Assembly: GCF_054482525.1 (NCBI RefSeq)
Contig: NZ_JBTHVG010000003.1
Reading direction: 5' to 3' (one strand)
From: a plasmid
Length of the DNA stretch: 64,000 bases
The notes beneath the pieces are model-generated. The model searched no databases and was not told the origin of the DNA. It saw nothing but the letters and a program-made list of their open reading frames with translations. This document shows, piece after piece, positions 60,769 to 64,000 of the stretch. Position 1 is the first letter of the stretch. Each line of letters opens with the position of its first letter. The translations under genes were made by a program, and so were the position numbers.

Positions 60769-60962
60769 CCAACGCCATTCATGGCCATATCAATGATTTT
60801 CTGGTGCGTACCGGGTTGAGAAGCGGTGTAAGTGAACTGCAGTTGCCATGTTTTACGGCAGTGAGAGCAGAGATAGCGCTGATGTCCGGCGGTGCTTTTG
60901 CCGTTACGCACCACTCCGTCAGTAGCTGAACAGGAGGGACAGCTGATAGAAACAGAAGCCAC
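60687..60962 (-). CDS. insA: IS1 InsA
   Basis: 91 aa with Zn-finger CPSC...CSHC. Confidence 0.85.
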
Positions 60963-61034
60963 TGGAGCACCTCAAAAACACCATCATACACTAAATCAGT
61001 AAGTTGGCAGCATCACCCACCATTCATTGTCGCA

Positions 61035-61499
61035 ATGATTACTATTAATGAAAGTATGACATCTAAAACAGTAACAGATTTTTCTTTGGGTGCTCAGTGG
61101 TACGGAATGGTTTCAGCGGTAGCGCTAATGGGGTTATATGCTCGACGCGTTTGGAAAGAGAAGAAGTCCTTATTTACTGGCGCTTTCCTGGCCTCTTCCT
61201 TAATGGCCTTTATTTTTACTGACAGCCTTGTTTTCGTATCCCAGAAGGACACCGGCGTTCTGGCTACTTTCGTACTCGATAAAAACGCTGGAGATATTGA
61301 TTGTAGTCGCCCGGCTATGATTGTCCATTACAGTAAAGGTGTTCCAACGGACTGGCGTTGCCCAACCAGTATCATGTTGATGGCGTATTCTTCATATCCT
61401 TTTTTACCCTGGCCTGAGTATAGCCATGGTACCAGCCAGTCTCTTACGGTTGTTATTGATACATTTATGGAAAACGCTGTTAATCTCAGCCAAAAATAA
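61035..61499 (+). CDS. Hypothetical membrane protein
   Basis: 154 aa with hydrophobic helices; begins 18 nt after the IS1 end. Confidence 0.4.
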   Translation: MITINESMTSKTVTDFSLGAQWYGMVSAVALMGLYARRVWKEKKSLFTGAFLASSLMAFIFTDSLVFVSQKDTGVLATFVLDKNAGDIDCSRPAMIVHYSKGVPTDWRCPTSIMLMAYSSYPFLPWPEYSHGTSQSLTVVIDTFMENAVNLSQK

Positions 61500-61556
61500 A
61501 AAATAAACCTCACTAGTGAGAGGTTTTATAAACCTGAGCCACCAATCTAATTAACT

Positions 61557-61838
61557 CTATATTTTTGTTTTAGCTTTTTTAAAGATAGACTTACCGAATA
61601 AAACAGCAATTATAGAGCAAAGGCCTGGCGTTAGGACAAAAGCTAATAATGCACTGCCAAAACTTGTCATTTCAGGCACCAGGAACCAGCTGATAGGCCA
61701 CGTCAGGGCTGGTAAATTTAGCGGATCATAAAGCGCATGTAGAGCGCTTAACACACAGTAAAGTGCTAAAAAGCAAACTAGATAAACAACGATCCACATT
61801 TTAATTTGCTCAGCAATTTCAAATTTTGGACTGCCCAT
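61557..61838 (-). CDS. Small membrane protein
   Basis: 93 aa, three hydrophobic segments; overlaps the upstream gene by 20 nt. Confidence 0.4.
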   Translation of the reverse strand: MGSPKFEIAEQIKMWIVVYLVCFLALYCVLSALHALYDPLNLPALTWPISWFLVPEMTSFGSALLAFVLTPGLCSIIAVLFGKSIFKKAKTKI

Positions 61839-62280
61839 GCTTTACCTCAGTGGCTGAATATTGATGGTTAATATCTTTAATCACCCGTAAGCACTTAGTG
61901 CATACCTTAGTTCGATTTGTCTGCTTGTCCAGAGTGTATTTAACTTCAAGTTGACCTCCAGCATTAAGCAAAGTGAGCATCTCATCTTCTAACACGCTTC
62001 GGTAAATGGTCTTGGCCGAGAGTGTGCCCGGTAACGAGTACTCAACATAATTGTTTGAAACTCTTACCGATTTAGGGATTTTACCACTGAGCTGGGTTTC
62101 ATTCGTTGAAGGCATTACAGTTACTTTAATCACAGTTGCCGGTGACCAGAAATCCTGATAACGCACTTTATGAATTTTATCAGCTCTAAGGCCTAACCAC
62201 ACATTTCCGGCGATAAGAACAATAAGCAATCCATAAACTGATCGTCGAATGTTACGCCTTTTAATCACAATGTCCCCCAT
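61819..62280 (-). CDS. Hypothetical protein with N-terminal transmembrane anchor
   Basis: 153-aa ORF. Confidence 0.45.
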   Translation of the reverse strand: MGDIVIKRRNIRRSVYGLLIVLIAGNVWLGLRADKIHKVRYQDFWSPATVIKVTVMPSTNETQLSGKIPKSVRVSNNYVEYSLPGTLSAKTIYRSVLEDEMLTLLNAGGQLEVKYTLDKQTNRTKVCTKCLRVIKDINHQYSATEVKHGQSKI

Positions 62281-62328
62281 CCCTCAAATATCATTCTAAA
62301 TAACTGCACCAGGATATCATGAGCGTAA

Positions 62329-62505
62329 TTAATAGAATTCTTCATAACCGGGGTTTTCAGTTGAGTTTGCGGACTCTTTACTTTGCGGTTTCTCACCCTC
62401 TAGTTGAGTATCCCTGACAGGCTTGGATTTACCCATGCTCCTCTGAAAGGTATCCATAACAAACTCAATATCTTCTTCTGGCAGGCTGGTGGGTTGGTTG
62501 CTCAT
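62329..62505 (-). CDS. Small acidic protein (58 aa), translationally coupled to the upstream methyltransferase gene
   Basis: ATG overlaps the TGA of the upstream gene (ATGA); hand-translated as MSNQPTSLPEEDIEFVMDTFQRSMGKSKPVRDTQLEGEKPQSKESANSTENPGYEEFY; below the ORF-track size cut-off. Confidence 0.3.
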   Translation of the reverse strand: MSNQPTSLPEEDIEFVMDTFQRSMGKSKPVRDTQLEGEKPQSKESANSTENPGYEEFY

Positions 62506-64000
62506 AGGACTTCCTCTTGTTGAATACGTTCGGCGTACAGGATGCGAACCGAAACGGTCGTGTTTTCAAACTCGTTCTCAAAAACGTCCATCCATTCCGT
62601 CCGGAATTCTTCCCCCAAAAGGTTATCGAGCCCCTGAAGAGATAATGGAAGAACGGCTGCTAGAGATCCCCCGGCTGCGAGATGAGATGCAGCTGCCTGG
62701 AGATGCAGCCTGGCCCGGTTATCGGCAAAAGGTGGGTTCATCACGACATAATCAAACTTCTTCTGTTGATTAGACTTAGACCATGTGAGGAAGTCAGCTT
62801 CTGTCGTATCGTATCCCTTAGCCCGGGAGATAAGGCAATTCAAAGTATCAAGCTCGATGCCAGTAACGATCACACCGGCAGGGAATGATTTAAGCAAATC
62901 CGCATGGCCAATATTAGGCTCCAGGAGGGTATCCCCTTCCCCTGCACCAAGCAGGGAAGATACATATTCGCTGATTCGGCAAGATGAAGGGTAAAACTGA
63001 TGCGATACAATATCAGGCATCTCCCCTATCTGGCCGATGTAACGAATAACCTCACACGGATCATAGGAAAATGTCACATCGTATTTTGTTACTGTTGCCC
63101 CTAAGAACCGAAGGGTGTCAGCGGCAACACTCGAAGATTTGCGTTCGGCGAGAGACCCTAAAGATGTCCAGCAACTCCATTTATTGTCCCCGTCATTTTT
63201 AAACATCAGTTCAGAAAGCTGCATCCGGGTATCAAAGTCGATGCACTGCTTAAGTACAGGGAATGCCTCCAAAGATTTCTTGCTATGAGCCATACGGTCG
63301 GCAGGTAATGCCAGCGGTACGATAGCTGATAAAATATTGTTAAGCCGCTCGGCGATATCAGGGTGGACGTCAATATGCATTGATCCATTTTTGTAAACCC
63401 TGAAACGAATACTGTTGCCATCGATGCAGATCCATTTTCTGAACCCCTCATGTTCGACCAACGCCTCAACCAATGATTTGGTGTTATGGATCGCCTTCAC
63501 CTGTTCGCCACGGAAGAATGCGCATATAACGCGGAGCTCGCTCAGCGGTGAAATGCCAGACTCTTTAAAATCCACCCTTAATTTCTGCCAGGGGTATTTA
63601 GACGGCTCGCAAACTCCGGTAGTGATCATGCGGGTGGAGAACCCAAAAGCTTTGTTTGTCTTGTGACTGCGGCTCAGAGACTGGAAGACGTCGTAAACCC
63701 TTTCTTTAATAAATTGATTGCGGTCATTAAGCAAAGCAACGACTGTGCCCACTACAGCGTCAGCTGTGAAATCAGGGATCACCTGAGGCGGCATAATATA
63801 ACGGTCGGCCGTAAACTGCTTATCCCATTCGTTACGTTTGGCATCCGACATGATAGGCAAAACATCAGTGAGTGCCATAACGCATTTCCAGTATTCTGAT
63901 CTCAGAGCGTTTTCTGCGAACAAAGCATCCGCTTCTGAGATGCTGTGGTTGTAGCCTGAGAGATAAGAATAAAGTTTCTGGTGATTGTGGGTTTTGAACT
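62502..64000 (-). CDS. Protein with C-terminal N6-adenine methyltransferase domain; N-terminus outside the window
   Basis: Motif I LEPNIGHADL and motif IV YVVMNPPF in the C-terminal third; the frame stays open upstream of the listed TTG through nt 64000. Confidence 0.55.
   Translation of the reverse strand, partial: FKTHNHQKLYSYLSGYNHSISEADALFAENALRSEYWKCVMALTDVLPIMSDAKRNEWDKQFTADRYIMPPQVIPDFTADAVVGTVVALLNDRNQFIKERVYDVFQSLSRSHKTNKAFGFSTRMITTGVCEPSKYPWQKLRVDFKESGISPLSELRVICAFFRGEQVKAIHNTKSLVEALVEHEGFRKWICIDGNSIRFRVYKNGSMHIDVHPDIAERLNNILSAIVPLALPADRMAHSKKSLEAFPVLKQCIDFDTRMQLSELMFKNDGDNKWSCWTSLGSLAERKSSSVAADTLRFLGATVTKYDVTFSYDPCEVIRYIGQIGEMPDIVSHQFYPSSCRISEYVSSLLGAGEGDTLLEPNIGHADLLKSFPAGVIVTGIELDTLNCLISRAKGYDTTEADFLTWSKSNQQKKFDYVVMNPPFADNRARLHLQAAASHLAAGGSLAAVLPLSLQGLDNLLGEEFRTEWMDVFENEFENTTVSVRILYAERIQQEEVL

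Larger units (their letters stand above)
60250..61017 (-). mobile_element. IS1 insertion sequence, complete
   Basis: 768 bp; ends GGTAATGACTCC... and ...GGCAGCATCACC; 9-bp target duplication CACCATTCA (60241-60249 and 61018-61026). Confidence 0.9.

Noticed and set aside
1-64000. rRNA and tRNA genes
   Set aside because: No cloverleaf-like or rRNA-like conserved stretches were recognised by eye; not checked with a dedicated tool.

Overview
Read by eye from the sequence and the ORF track only; no database search or computation was run, so every family assignment rests on recognised motifs and remembered family signatures. The window looks like a 64-kb segment of a large conjugative plasmid from an enterobacterium (it carries IS1, IS2, IS150 and IS186, each with intact target-site duplications). 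Layout: (1) 1-8.6 kb, the distal end of a relaxase operon: MobH-type relaxase (5' end outside the window), type IV coupling protein, two unknown proteins, an S49 peptidase and a membrane-anchored NERD protein. (2) 8.9-41.2 kb, an almost unidirectional minus-strand block of about 45 mostly small unknown genes. Recognisable members are a ParB/KorB-family protein, a plasmid-type hok toxin gene cut off from its 5' leader by IS150 and with IS186 inserted in its 3' stem-loop, an HNH nuclease, a 794-aa PP-loop (PAPS-reductase/DndC-like) protein, two methyltransferases and a HigB-like toxin with no recognisable antitoxin. (3) 41.6-58.4 kb, three paralogous ~800-aa secreted Ig-like proteins arranged around a RepFIB/P1-type iteron replicon (repA, origin iterons with GATC cluster and DnaA box, and a 1.2-kb tandem array interrupted by an IS91-family element). 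(4) 58.8-61.0 kb, adjacent IS2 and IS1 insertions. (5) 61-64 kb, a minus-strand operon ending in a second N6-adenine methyltransferase-domain gene that runs off the window. The two findings I rate highest are non-coding: a 13-bp palindrome AAAAGT-N-ACTTTT present 13 times (chance expectation well below 1), and a conserved promoter cassette (-35 AGGTTATTAGCC, then a TATAAT-like -10) in front of at least 9 genes. No rRNA, tRNA or CRISPR array was recognised. Most small ORFs are hypothetical and their starts are approximate.
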